Below, one piece after another: positions 36,285-49,941 of a stretch of 64,000 nt of DNA (positions are counted from its first letter, which is position 1; every line of letters begins with the position of its first letter). A model generated the notes under the pieces. That model had not been told where the DNA came from, ran no database searches, and saw nothing but the letters and a program-made list of their open reading frames with translations. The position numbers and the translations under genes are program-made. The DNA comes from Macrostomum hystrix. Taxonomy: Eukaryota; Animalia; Platyhelminthes. Location of the stretch: assembly GCA_950097015.1 (NCBI GenBank), contig CATNEN010000025.1:5146001-5210000 (forward strand), in the 5' to 3' direction.

Positions 36285-36602
36285 TTGGTGACAGTAGACC
36301 TCTGGCTAGCGAGGAGGCAGTTCTGTCCATTTCGCTGACTCCTGAGCACACACGCACACAGATACCGCTCGCAGGCATACGATCAGACAGGTGCGAAAAC
36401 TGCCATGACTTCTGCCATTCTGCCATGACTTTCTCATAGTCAGGCAGTGTCTCTCACTGTGCCTTGGAGGTTGACCATTCAGAGCGTAAATTGCACGACA
36501 AGCCCCCAAGCCTTTTCTCCGCCCCAAATGAATGTGGCCTCGCCGCAGAATCGAACTCAGGGACCTGGGTGCGAGAGGCAAACGCTTTAACCGCTATGCC
36601 AC
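36285..36602 (-). mobile_element. SINE family B copy (near full length)
   Basis: Minus strand: GGCATAGCGGTTAAAGCG (A box), GAGTTCGATTC (B box), body and 3' stem-loop. Confidence 0.83.
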
Positions 36603-37679
36603 TCATTCCTATACTCAGGCATGAAATTAGCTTCTTAATACGCAGAAATGCAAAGCAAAAAGAGATCGATAAGACTGATAATATGGCCTCTAGCAGTGAA
36701 GAATCCGGATGTGGCGAATGCAAGGAATCAGTTACAAGCCGCCGTGAAGCAGCTGGAATTTCAAATCACCTGATTGCATTCTGCCAATACACAACTGCGC
36801 ATGGCTTAGGCAGGCTCGCAGCTCAGGCCGGGACGCTCGGCTGCAGCATCTGGCTCGTCTTCTTGCTGGCTACCTACGGTGGATTCGCGTTTCATCTCTA
36901 CACGCTTGTTGGCAGGTGTGAATCTAGCGTACATCATTCAAGTAATAATGAATACATATATGAGCTACCAGAAACGGGTTCTATTGTGGATAGCATTAGC
37001 GAGGCAACTTGTGCAAATAGAGTTTTCAAGGTTCTAATTGATCTCATTGGTGCGTTTCTAACCTAATCAGCAAGTCAGAATTGTCAACTCTTTGATAGCT
37101 CTCCGCCACTGAACCCCTTAGCTGGCAACCAGTGTCGTCTGTTCTGCGCGGTGATAAATCTTTGAAACGGAATGCATTGTTTACTGTAAAATCTTAAAAA
37201 CTGCAACTAGAAGCACTACTCCATCTGATTTTCATGAACTTAAGGTTCACGAGCACACCTCTGCTGACTAGCCTGGCCACATCTCTGCCATTCGAATTCC
37301 CGGACGTGTACATCTGTCCCCGGAACCCTATCTCGATGAGCAAGGCCTACGAGCCGTTCAAAAAGGATGTGGTGTCCAAACTGCGCGGACTGAAGAAAGG
37401 CTGCAACACCTCCTGCCAGGTGCAGCTGAGCTACTTCTTGGAATCCAAAGCGCCCCTCAGCACACCGATGTATGTATTCAGCGACACTGTTTCGGCTGTG
37501 GAGTCAGCTCTAAAAAGAAACTATAAAAATATTAGCACATGTGAGTAATAGCCTCACGTTTAGATCTATAGAGCCGAAAATTCTGTTTTAGCCATGGCAT
37601 GGCCTCAGTATTAGGTGTGAGTGGCTGAGAGAAAGTCTTGTGCTTCTTTGAGGAATCTGTAGTGCTGTGAGCTTTCCTG

Positions 37680-37890
37680 ACCTGCAGCCAACGGGGAGGC
37701 AATTCTACCCATTCCGCTGACTCGTGAGCACACACAAGGGCCGGTGTACATCTGCCTGATTTTCTCATCGTAAGGCAGTGTAAACTCACTGTGTCTTCGA
37801 AGTTAATCCAAAAGAAAGTAAACTGCGGGACAAGCTCCACAAGCCTACGGAATCGAGCTCAGGTACCTTGCTGCGAGATGCAAGTGCGTT
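37680..37890 (-). mobile_element. SINE family B copy
   Basis: Reverse complement of head and 3' stem-loop with compensatory changes. Confidence 0.75.
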
Positions 37891-39371
37891 AGACCACTCT
37901 GCAACTGATCCCAAAGCTTTTTAATACCAGCAGTATATTGAGGGTCTCTCCGCCCGAATATCGACGAAGAATTGCACCCTGTTTGTGCGCTCTCAGTTCT
38001 AGTAGAATTACAAATGCCTTCTGAGTGTCAACGGGTTTTAGATCAATTTTTTCGTTCCAAAAAAACGTTTTCTTCACCGTGATGCGGTTAACTGAACTCC
38101 CGATTGCAACAACAAAAGCGGTCCACAATCCGAGTACGACGGAGTGTCGCTTTACATAGGAGGGAACTGAGTATGTTGGGAATAAGAGCTCTGTGCCCGT
38201 CTTCGGTGACAGCCTTCGCTTGTCTCTGTCGCCTGACAATATGTCGCAGCCGCCCTACGTGACGGAGCTGCCATGCCTGCCATGGAACGAGGCCGCCAGA
38301 CAGCTACGAGAGGTCGGAATCGGGCACATGGCAGACCGGATACTGTCGCTAAACTTCTCCGACAGTGAAGCTAGGTGTCGATCTCCTGTTGAACTACCAC
38401 TCAAAGCTTTCGATGGCTATTTGAGTTAGTAAAAAGCCTTTATTTGAACGCATCAGGAGTTTTCACAATTTAGCTTAAAAGTGGCGTAACTTTTACCCGA
38501 TGCGGGTGACAGAATAGACAAGCAGCGGAGCTTTACCACCCACAGGAATTCAAGACTGGGACGCAAATGAAAATATGTCAATTTAAATAATACGATCACA
38601 CAAAAATAACGCATGGGTTTGGCTCTTTAAGGATAATAGACAATCATCTCATTGTATTGGATAAAATTTTTGACTATTCGGTAATACAAACCCATTTAGC
38701 AAGCTGCTCAACAGTTCATCGATCTACAAGTGTAAATATATCAATTTATCGAAAATCTCGCATATTGTACCTATTTGCAGCGCAACCGATAAATGTAGAT
38801 AAAATGTCCTTCTGCTACTACGAGTAAGACAATGCATCCAGCAGGCTGTTCAGCTTCAACTGTTTTGACGTCGAAATTCCGACAATGAACGTCGATCTGT
38901 GCACTGAATGCTGTTACAAGAGGAGCTACAAATACTATGGTTTACAGTCGTTCACTTGCTTCTGCAGCAACAGCATCAATCTGAGTCAGATGGTGGACTC
39001 TGAAAACTGCATCTATTTGTGTCCTGGCGTGGAAGATAAAGATGATAGCTGCGGAGGGGACGACCTTTACCTCAGTGTGAAGCAGATAAGAGACACTGGT
39101 AATTAAAAAAGTTCCAATCTCTTCATCCACACAAGCGCAACAAAATCCGCTGTGTTGCTTGAATCGAGTAGCACTGAATGAGTATTTAATATATTTTTTG
39201 GCATATCTACAAAAAATTGCAGGGTAAACAGAAGCTGGCATGCATTGTTTAAGCAAATCTCTTAAACACCCCACACGATATCCCTCGCTTGAAAAGTGTC
39301 GTCAATTGTTTTGTATCGAAGAGCTCTTGACCATCAAAGACATTTTCCAGTGTGATAGTAATAAAAATCAT

Positions 39372-39662
39372 TTCAGGAAGGCAAGCGAGGAGGCGGTTTC
39401 GCCCATTCGCAATTCCTGAATACACACATATATACTGTCCGCAGGCACACGCTCGCACAGGTGTGTACATATGCCCTGAATTTCGAATTGTCATGCAGTG
39501 TACACTCTCACTGTGCCTTGGAGGTCGGCCCTCAATGGCGTAAATTGCACGACAAGCCCCCAAGCCTTCTCTGCAGCTGCGACCCAAATTATGTGGCCTC
39601 GCCTCGGAATCGAGCTCAAGTACCTTGGTGCGAGAGGCAAACGCGTTAACCGCTCTGCTACT
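39372..39662 (-). mobile_element. SINE family B copy (near full length)
   Basis: Minus strand: GTAGCAGAGCGGTTAACGCG (A box), GAGCTCGATTCC (B box), body, stem-loop. Confidence 0.82.
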
Positions 39663-42603
39663 CGCCCCCTAATCACCTGTGATTGTCCGATTGAGTTTGA
39701 TTGATTTTACTTTCTAACTTTTTTTCCGAATTGTTTGCCTTATTTCAGTCGACTCGCCGATCTTCGCACCATACAGAGGCTTCTTAGCAAACTACCTACT
39801 TGGGCCATACTGTTTCTTCACAGATCCTGTAAGGGGATTGGCGATGGTCTACTGCAATATCCTATTTTGCTGTGAGTAATGAGTTAATTACTACATATTC
39901 TAGGTACTCATATTTTAATTTGTTATTAAAAAGTTTTTTATAGCTACTTAAAGTTTGGTTTTAATGTTGGTATAGGGTATTACACAAGTTTTTCATTCAC
40001 GAATTCAAAATAAATTGTGGAAGCTGGAAATGCGTACAATATTGTAAGAACTGACTGCCTACCCTTAAATCAGCATGTCGCTAACATTCTTGATGTGAAA
40101 TTTTTCAAATGTCTGCTTTTTGTTCAACAAACTGTGCAGCTTCAGCAAGCAGCTATGACTGCTTAGTCAGCAACGACAGAAGTGTAAGCCTCACAAACGA
40201 ACAGTCGGCAAAGTACACGGGCAGCTTGAATTACACAGTTTCTGGTCGAGAATGCTTGGTTTGGGCGGAGGTGAAAGCTGCGGTAGAGAGAAGACAACTC
40301 AGCATGCCCAGCTCCGATTTGATCTCATGGAATTTCTCCTACCAGCGTAAGTTTTACTTTTCGATTGCCTGCCTTTGTGAGATACGATCTTGTTTGCAAA
40401 CGCAAAAAAGCTGAAAAGCGCCTATGCATCAAACAAACGCAGAACCTCCAGATTCAGTCGATCAGTTGATAATTCAGACTGCTGATTATGCGTTCAGCAA
40501 TGGCACTAACCACTGCAGAGCAGCGAATGTTCTATATGAGGCCACCGACTTCAATGGAAGTAACAAAGCTGTTGTCGGCTCCAGGTACAAAGATATTGCA
40601 GCTAACTTATTGATTCCTTTTGTCTTTAAAAATACGAGCTAACGAGACAAAAGTATTTTGTTGCAAACAAGGTGCCACAGTCGGTCAAATGTTACCTTTC
40701 AGCCGGGGCACACTGGTTTCCTCTATTGTCCCAGGATGTTTCTACTTGAACGAGGAGGAAAACGAGACCATATTTGAGCACTGCGCGGTTGATTCGTGTG
40801 GTATGGAAGTTCTGAAATTTTTTGTGCTCTGAACAACTAAGAGCAGTAAACCGTGCTGTGCATTTGGGGCTATGTTTAAATTAATGTGTCTCCTAAATTA
40901 GAAAAAAAGGCAAAAAGTAGTAAAAATCATATTTCACGTGTCATACTTCTTCATAGTGACAGTAGAATAAAACTTTTCTACCAAACCACCTCGACAGTGG
41001 ACGCCAGCCCCAGCGTTCCTGGAATAATCAGAAACATAATTGGCTCGACTCACTTGGCTCGACAATACGGCCCCAGTCTCAGCGTGGGGCTCGTTGATTG
41101 CAAATTTCATCACTGGCAGTGTCACGCCAGCAGCTTCCTGGAGTTTCTGCACCCAGAGAGTGGCGTTTGCTACCGCTTCATCAAGGAGCCCTTCATTGAA
41201 GGCTTGAGTCTCTCTCAGCTGTCGGAGGCAACTCTGTAGGTTCAGCTTTTCACCGACTCAACCGACTCAGTTGGCTCCGGTCCCGATCAATTTTCTAGTT
41301 CGGCAAAAGCTATAAAAAATGAGCTTGGCGACTCAAATACCGTCCGCAACGGTGCATATGCTGTGAGAGTGATAAAGTTCCCAGCCGTAGTGAGAATTTT
41401 GAAATAAAACTACGTAAAACTAATTAGTAATCCACCAATTCACAGGTGATTATCGCACTGAGTAGAAATTTTCCGTGGCTGAAGGAAACTTTTATTTTGC
41501 AGTTTCTAAAGGTCAGAAGTCTGAGTTCAAGGTGAGACTTGACAAATCACTTAGATTTTCAAGGCCAGCACCACGTAACTGCAGAAATACTGTAGCACCA
41601 GTCACGTACATGATTGACTATTGGAAACCTGGAAGTTTACCTGCAAATATTACGTGAGTTCTCCAGATTAATTGTCTTTTAAGGGGGGCAGAGCAGCAAA
41701 ATTACAAAAAATGCTGTATTTTAGAGCCCTAATGGAGACCACGTTTTGGTTTGTGTACAACGAGAAAAACTGGACGAGAAAGATCGAATTGCTGAATGAG
41801 CTTATTAAAGGATACAACGGAGTGAAGTAAGTTTCTTTAATCCACATCCTTTGTGCTATTTGAGCACACAGTGTCAATCACTTTCTGACTTTCAGAAGTC
41901 CCACCAGGAGAAAGCTGACTTTCCAGACGGGCACCCAGGAAGACTGTATCAACGAGTTCGTGCTGCGCAAATTCGCCCAGACCTGCCGCTGCCTGCCGAC
42001 GTTTCTGCCCATTCCCGAGGAGCTGTTCATGGCTTATCCCATCTGCTTCAACTCCACCGACATCAAAAACTTGTACACCACTGATCAGTGCTACATCAAG
42101 CAGCTGAGGCTGCTGAACAATTATCGCGTTGACGCCCGAGACGTCTGTCCAGCCTCCTGCGAGACTAGAAAGTACACAGTCACACAGACTTCGGCACCCT
42201 GGCCCAATGTTCGAAGGCAGGTGTCCCGGACGTTCTTGTCAACTTTGGCAAAGACTTATGGCTATCCGAACAATGTAAAAACGCTCAGAGGTCCCGGAGC
42301 AATTTACTCTGCCTATCTTCAATATTTGAGCTTGCGAGGAAATTCGAATGAGCTGATGAACTTCGACTACCAGCTGCTCACCCTGCAAGATCAGTTAGCC
42401 ATGCTGTCCGTTTCAGCTGCTCCGATGTTCGGCGAAGAAGCGATTGAAGAAGAGGCCTACTCTGTCAAGAATCTTCTGGCAGACATGAGTGGTGAGTTTT
42501 TTGTTCAGAATATATATTTTTTGCAAGGCTTACTATTGCTGTAAATTTTGTCATCTAATGCAGATTCGAACAAAAATTATTGACCTACAAGTCATCTCTT
42601 AGC

Positions 42604-42826
42604 AGCATCCTGCTCCGCTCAGCCACCCTGCTCCGCTCAGCCACCCTGCTCCGCTCAGCCGCCCTGCTCCGCTCAGCCACCCTGCTCCGCTCAGCCACCC
42701 TGCTCCGCTCAGCCATCCTGCTCCGCTCCGCCACCCTGCTCCGCTCAGCCGCCCTGCTCCGCTCAGCCACCCTGCTCCGCTCAGCCGCCCTGCTCCGCTC
42801 AGCCACCCTGCTCCGCTCCGCAACCC
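42604..42826. repeat. 18-bp minisatellite (CCCTGCTCCGCTCAGCCA) in the last intron of locus D
   Basis: About 12 tandem copies. Confidence 0.95.
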
Positions 42827-45800
42827 ATCTCAATTCCGCCACATCTCTCGAATTCACATTAATGCTACACAGAAACTGTTTCATTAAAATGTGGCAGGAA
42901 TCCTGGGCCTCTGGTGCGGTGTCTCTATCTTGACAGTATGTGAACTGATGGAGCTGCTATTCTGCCTGTTCCTTTCCGCAAGGCAACTTGCCAGTCAGTG
43001 GCGGCGTTCAAAGAGCAGTGCCATTGAAGGCACTAGCGACGTTGGTTTGAAACTTGGTGGAGCATCTGTGTCAGTTAGCTAGACCTTCATTGACAATGTT
43101 GTTGATCCGCTCCGTGGCAGCTGCGTGTGATTGCTACAATTGCAACGCATATATTTATTATTCGATCAGACGATGCAACATCAAGAATACTCATAATCGC
43201 GCAAGTAAAGTTAAGTGCGCAAAACACAACATTTTTTGTTGAGTCAACTTATTGAGTAAAAAACAATTCGAGTCTAGCGCAAATTTATGAAAATAATCCA
43301 TTAATTCTTGACTCACATCTCGAAAGCAAGCGGCGATAACCCTGTTTCTAAACCTTTCCGACGCAGTCAGACCTATCTTTATAGTGTTTTTATTTCAAAT
43401 GTAATTTTATATTAACTGTAATATCTGAGAGCAACGTACGATTGTCTGCATTATACAATACATTTAAACTGTCGATGTACTGAGGTACTAAAAACACGCT
43501 ATAATTGATGCCTTTGTTACTTCTTAAAAATATATAAGTGAAAGCAACTGTGACCTGCTTTTCTATGCTCTGTCTGCATATTGAGCAGTAGTTTTCTCTG
43601 CGCTGTCTCTCATTTTATATATAATAGCGTTCACTTTGAGATCATTTCCAACCATTCTCTTCCGAAGCTAATAATAAAAGAGTGACTGGTTCATTTGAAG
43701 GATAACTAATATCTTGAAGTTAAAATCATATTTGTATCTAAGAAAGCTTATCTGGAACATTATATTATCCTTGTGAATTTTATACTTCCCAATGGAAGCA
43801 AGGAGTTAGATGGTACTGGTTTGCCGGTGGTACATATTCTAAGCGATACTGTGATCTGGGTTGCTAGCATACGGTCATATTTCATATCAAGTTAAAAAGC
43901 TGAGAAGCGGAGAGGCTTAAAATGATAAAAAATGTATCCGAGAAGTATTTCTCTCCAGCTCACTAACCTCTGGCCTTGTTTGACCGTTTGCGGATAAATA
44001 TCAACAGGGACAGAGGTAGATAAAGTAAAAAACACACGGCTTGGCAACCTGCTCATTCCTCACCAGCTGGTTTAGGTGGGCAAATTTTTGAATACTTAAT
44101 TGAGGGCCAGCTCAAAAAACTGCATCAATCCGGTGTTTTCTACTTTTTGAACTGGCACCGCTAGTATCATCCGCGCTTATGGCGGGGATGTCTATTAAAC
44201 GATTCCCGCCATATTCCCACTAAACCTGAGAGAATACCAAATAGACTCTCACAGAGGTGGCGCACAGTCGTGGAAGCGGCAGATAAGAAGCAGAATTTTT
44301 TTTCAACAGGTGAGCCAAGAGAATACGAATTTGCGGTCTTAGACTCTCAAATACGAAGATTCATCAGACGATTTATGAAATACTATTTTTGACAATTTGG
44401 AAGCTCCATCAAAATCTTATTGCCAGTAAAAAATGTCGCCGAATATATATTGCCCTTGTTAGGAAAAATATCTGATTGAAATGGTATCGAATTATTTTTA
44501 AGGACTTTTATTGTAGAGAATTAAACTTTTATGGCAAGTTGATTTCTATGGTCTCCTAAACTAGAGGCATAGAGGTATTAGAGTACTGGTATTATGAGAG
44601 AAGCCCAATAAAAATCAAAGCGAAAGTTGATAGAAGCAGTTTTGAATAAGCTTCGATAGCTCTTCAGTGAAGATGATATTGGTCGACTAGAATTACATGG
44701 AATCGTGGGATCCGACCACTAGTCCTTGTATGCAGCGCACCTCTCAATCTTCCAGACGATGACAGCCGCCAACTCGCGGGCTGCCCCCGAGGAAAATGCA
44801 GTTACGGGCGCCTCGAAAGAAGCCAACGGCTTTGGCATAACGCGCTCGCTAAACGAGTTTTGCGAGTACACCACCGCACATGGACTGGGCCGCTTCGCCG
44901 CTCAGAGCTTAGTGTTCGGTCGGACAATCTGGACGGCCTTCTTATTAGCCACATACGCCGGCTTCGCCTATCACCTTTACACATTAATTGACAGGTGCGC
45001 TTTCTAGAATATTATAGCTATAAATAGAAACTGCAAGAAACGTTTAATTTCCAAAACGAACTAGAATTAAGATTTACAAACTTGCTTTGACAAAAATTGC
45101 AGGTACACCAGCACGCCACTGTTGACCAGCTTGACCACGACGCTACCCTTCGAATTCCCGGATGTGTACATCTGCCCGACAAACCCGATCTCTATGAGCA
45201 AGGCCTATCAGCCATTCTCACTCGAGACAGACATGCCGAGACTGCGCGGATTGAAAAAGGACTGCAACATCACCTGTCAGGGGATGCTGAGCTTTTTTAT
45301 TGAATCTAAAACCAGCCTCAGCATGCCAATGAAAGTCTACTCAGACACGCTCTCCGCTGCGGAAGCCGCCCTGATGGCAACAATAAGTAGGAATCGCGCT
45401 TGTGAGTGAGATTAATACGAAATTTAGCCCGAATAGAACATTTAGTTGAATATGCTATGCGTTAATGCAGTAATAAATATATTACTGATTCTGGTTGGAG
45501 AGCTCGAGTTCAGAAGCAGAAAATTCTTATCCGACGCTTTCTGACTCGTTTTTGCTTGCGCAGACGCCCACGAAGCACATTTTCGAACTGGAAAATGTTT
45601 CCACTAATGATACTTTTTTTCTCTACAGCAGGTAACACAAGCCAGTGTCGCTTCAGCCTGGATGGCACTGAGTACACAGGTAACAAGAGTACAGTGCCGG
45701 TGTACGGTGTATCTCTGCAGCTGTTGGTGCCGCCGAGCAATCTGTCCCAGCCGCCCTTCGTGACGGAGCTGCCCTGCCTAGCTTGGAATGAGGCGGCTGA

Positions 45801-47181
45801 CAAGCTGAAAAAAGCCGGCGCACGAAAGATGGCGCAGAGAATTCTGGCGCTCAACTTTTCTGATGGCGACAACAGGTGTCGTTCCCCTCAGAACCTGCCG
45901 CTTGATGCTTTCGCGAACATTTCAAGTGAGCATTGTGCTGAATCAAATAATCTAAATGCATACAGTAAACGGTATTTGAAAATTTTATTTTGAACTTTCG
46001 ATATAGAGTGCGCACTGGAAGTTAGAAGAAGTTAAAAAAAACTTTATGTTTGACATGACAAAAGAGGCGGCAGAAATCGGTAAAAAACGCTCGGATGAGT
46101 GTACACTCGTTTGACTGATAATATCCTTTCAATTGTGCAGCTTTCTTGATCGATACTAACGAACGTCCAATCTGCTACGAAGACGATAGCGGGCAGTTTC
46201 TCAATAACTGCTTCGGCACTCCCATCGCCGGACTAACTATTGAAATCTGCGCCGAGTGCTGCTATAAGAAGAACTACAAGTACATTGGCGTGCAGTACTA
46301 CGATTGTTACTGCAGTAACAACGTCTCAGACACGAAAGAAGTATATGAATACTACTGCGAATATTCGTGTCCAGGTAATGCCGAGACACTTTGCGGCGGC
46401 AATGGAAACTTTAAAAGTGTTCTGCAGATCAGGGATTCAGGTACGAGCAAAAAGTTAATTAAAAGTTCTGTTCATCTTCGAATATGATAAATACCACTTT
46501 TGCATCCGTACGCTCGTAATCGTATACTTATTTAATAGCAATTTATCGTCATTTTGTACTAATAACCACATTCAGTTAGTTATTAGCCCGAATTAATTAT
46601 TTAATTAATCTGGCACAAAATTTATTTCCTGAATGATCCACAGTTGGATTGCCGATATTTCTGCCGTTCGGAGGTTTCTTAACAAATTACCTGCATGGGC
46701 CGTACTGCTTCTACATGGATCCAGACAACGGTTTGGCCATGTCCTACATACCATACCATTCTGCTGTGAGTAAATTTATACACATACAGCCTACTTATTA
46801 AGGAGTAAGCTGGGCATCATCATGTGGGCGTTACTGAACATTCTTCCAGCGTCATCCAGCAAATATGACTGCGTCACTGAAAGTGAAGCCTACGGTGGCA
46901 GGCAAACTGCAATGTACACTGGCGAGCTGAATTTCACCGCTTCCGGTAGAGACTGCATGGCCTGGTCAGATGTTCAGGAGGCTGTCCTAAAGCACGAGCT
47001 TAGCCTGTCCAGGTCTGACATGGCCACGTGGAGCTTCCCGTTCGATGGTTAGTTGGGCTTTTCAATTTTTTCGAAACTGTAGTGGCTCGACAGTAGTTTT
47101 AGTAATTCTAATCTTTGTTAATCTTAATAGTCAAATATTTTTATTATATATAACTGCCGAGGACAAGGGCAGTAGCCTATG

Positions 47182-47479
47182 GTTTGTAGCCTAGTGTTTA
47201 GAGCGTCGGACTAACGACTTAAAAGTCGGGGGTTCGATTCCAGACTCCACTGAAACAATCTGTGACCTTTAGCAAGACACTTAACTCTGCATTGCTTCAG
47301 TTCACCCAGCTGTTAAATGGGTACCAGCATCAGCTGGGGTAATTGAGGGTGGGTGTGGCGTCCCACCAGTCCATGGACTGAACAGGTGTACGCAGCCTTC
47401 AGATGCTGTGCAAAATATCTGCGGCTGTCTGTCAGCAGCACATCTGGCCCAAATGGCGCTGGTGTAGTCAATTATTATT
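47182..47479 (+). mobile_element. SINE family A copy (near full length)
   Basis: A box, B box, CORE-like segment, (ATT)n tail. Confidence 0.85.
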
Positions 47480-49280
47480 TTTAAATTTACATTTACCTTT
47501 AAAAGTATGAAAAAAGCAACTACAATTAACTTAACTTCAGAATACAATATCGACTCACTGATGATCCATACTGCGGATTATGAGATCAGCAACCGGACTA
47601 ACTACTGCAGAGCGGCCATTGTTGTCTATGATTCTACATTCTATCAGAGCGCTGGTGCCAGCCGCAATCCCGTTGCAAGCGCGTAAGCATAGTAGCAGTC
47701 CATATACTTGTATTCCAAGTAATCAAGAGTAAACCCTGATTACTACTGGAAGATCGTTGATTTTCCGATATGCATTCACTTATCTTTGCATCTTAGCACA
47801 ACTGTTTGCCTAGATCCACGACCTTCAGCTGAATTCTGTAACCCTTGCAGCCGAGCTGTAATTGCTGCATCTCTATATCCCGGATGTTTCTACCTGAATG
47901 AAGCTGAGAAAGAGGTGGTGTTTGAGCAATGCTACATTGACGCATGTGGTGAGTACAGTTGCTTAGAATTTAGCGTCCTAGATACCTTCAGATCTGAAAG
48001 ATACCGCAGCTTGAATAGTATCCGAAATCCTCCTTTCTAAAATTTCGAACAAATAGGTTTGTAAATCGATCCCTTTTATAAACCACAAGGAAAAAAACGG
48101 TGTTTGTGCCAACACATTATAAGATGTGATCTATTGTGCATCGCTGTGTGCGTGAATGTGTGAAATGTTACATCGGACACATTATTTAGCACATCTCTCA
48201 CAGACTTGGGATGAGAGGCGGGTGGGAAATTATTTGTACCTCATATTTTTTGTACAGTGGACGCCAGTGCCAGTGTCTCAGGAGCTATTAGGAACAGCAT
48301 TGGCTCTGCTCAGTTGGCCCGACAGTTCAGTCCCAGTTTGGATATTGGACTCTTTGGCTGCCGTTTTTACTCATGGAAGTGCACAATTAGCGACTTCCAG
48401 GAGATTATGCACCCAGAGAGCGGCGTTTGCTACAAGTTCATCAAGGAGAACTTTATCAAGGGTCTGAGCCTATCAGAGCTGACGGAGGCTACTCTAGATG
48501 TCCAGCTGTTCACGGACGCCACCGACTCATCTGGCATTAGTCCGAGGCAAGCTGACTATGCGTCCAAGTCTCTGCTGGCTACAACTGAAGAGTCTAAAGC
48601 TGATGAAAACAACGTGTTTAAGGTAGGCCTCTGATAAATAGCTCGTATTAAATACTTAACATATTTTATTGAGAACAAAACGCTTGTACAATGAAGGTCG
48701 TGATTGTGCCAGACGGAACATTCCCATGGCTGTCGCAGTCGTTTGGAGTCGTCAATGCCCAGAAATCAGAGTTTAAAGTGCGCCTAGACAAGTCTGTTCG
48801 ATTCCCGAAGCCCCCTTCAAGGGACTGTAACAGGAGTCCATCAGCTGTCACATATATGATTGACTATTGGAAGCCAGTCGGTCTCGGGTTAAATTTAACG
48901 TACGTTCTGCACGTCCGTATAACAACGCCTGGTAAAAATATTATCCTACGTAAGAATCTCGCTAATTAAAGCTCTGCTGTTTACACAGGGATCAAATGCA
49001 GACATCTTTTTCGCTGGTCAATGGCGTGACGAACTGGACTGCGAAGCTGGACATGCTAAAAAGTCTGATCGCTGGATTTAATGCATTGAAGTGAGCGCAA
49101 TCATCGACTTGATAATCGCCTTCTTAACAGTAGAACTACCAAGGGATTCCCCCTTGACAATTACTTGGTGCTGCACTTAAACTGAGAAACTCAAACACAC
49201 AGAAGTCAAGAACACGGCCCTACTTTTTGTTGCGCTTCTTCTAAAACAAGACTCTATTCGCAAGCCATTCAGATCCTTGA

Positions 49281-49941
49281 TATACTCAACGGTTCTGGCC
49301 GAAGGTCAGATTTTTCCTATAAGATCTGATTTTATTTGTATTTTATACACCCCAATGCTGAATTTGCCCTGCGCCTGAGTGCGGCCTTGCCAGGCCTTCA
49401 AAATTTATCAGCACGTCATCCGAATGTGCCTGTATCTTCTCTGACTTCGGTGGTCACCGAACTTTATCTAGACGGAGCTGCTGGACCTTCAACAAGTGGA
49501 AGTTTAGTGTAGCCAAATATCGAGGCTTGGTCAGCGAAAGTAGAGAAATTCGTGTTTGACGGACTCCATAGCCGGCTGGAGGCACCCTGCTGACGATGCT
49601 GACGGCGTCGGGTTGGGGACAAATTTTTTGACGGACTAGGCGAGGGTCCTGTGGTTGAGCTTCGGCCAGCATTGAGGCTCGATCAGCGAAATGGGAGACA
49701 TTTGCATCAGGGTGTCTATAGTTGGCTGGTGCCACCTGTTGAAGGTTCAGCAGCTCTGTCTAGATAAAGGTAGGTGGCCACCGAAGACGGAGATGATGCA
49801 GGCACATTCGGATGCCGTGCTGATTAAGTTTGAAGGCCTGGCAAGGCCGCAATGAGGCGCGGTGCAAATTGTGTATCAGGTAGTATGAAATACACTAGCT
49901 CTTATGGGAAAATCTGACCTTCGGCGAGAGCTGTTGAATAT
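49281..49941. mobile_element. Foldback/MITE-like element with ~230-bp imperfect inverted arms (intron 11 of locus E)
   Basis: Left arm ...CCGAAGGTCAGATTTT...GCGGCCTTGCCAGGCCTTCAAA...CCGAATGTGCCTG...CTTCAACA mirrors the right arm at ~49735-49941. Confidence 0.75.

Larger units (their letters stand above)
36683..43082 (+). pseudogene. DEG/ENaC locus D with multiple nonsense codons
   Basis: Same exon layout as C. In-frame stops: TAG 38157-38159 (ECRFT*EGTEY), TAA 38825-38827 (WSC exon) and TAG 41237-41239 (EATL*VQLF, GAG in C). Exon 10 start is disturbed. Last exon reads GILGLWCGVSILTVCEL. Confidence 0.82.

Noticed and set aside
42580-42933. ORFs with repeated LLRSAT / AERSRV peptides
   Set aside because: Translation of an intronic 18-bp minisatellite.
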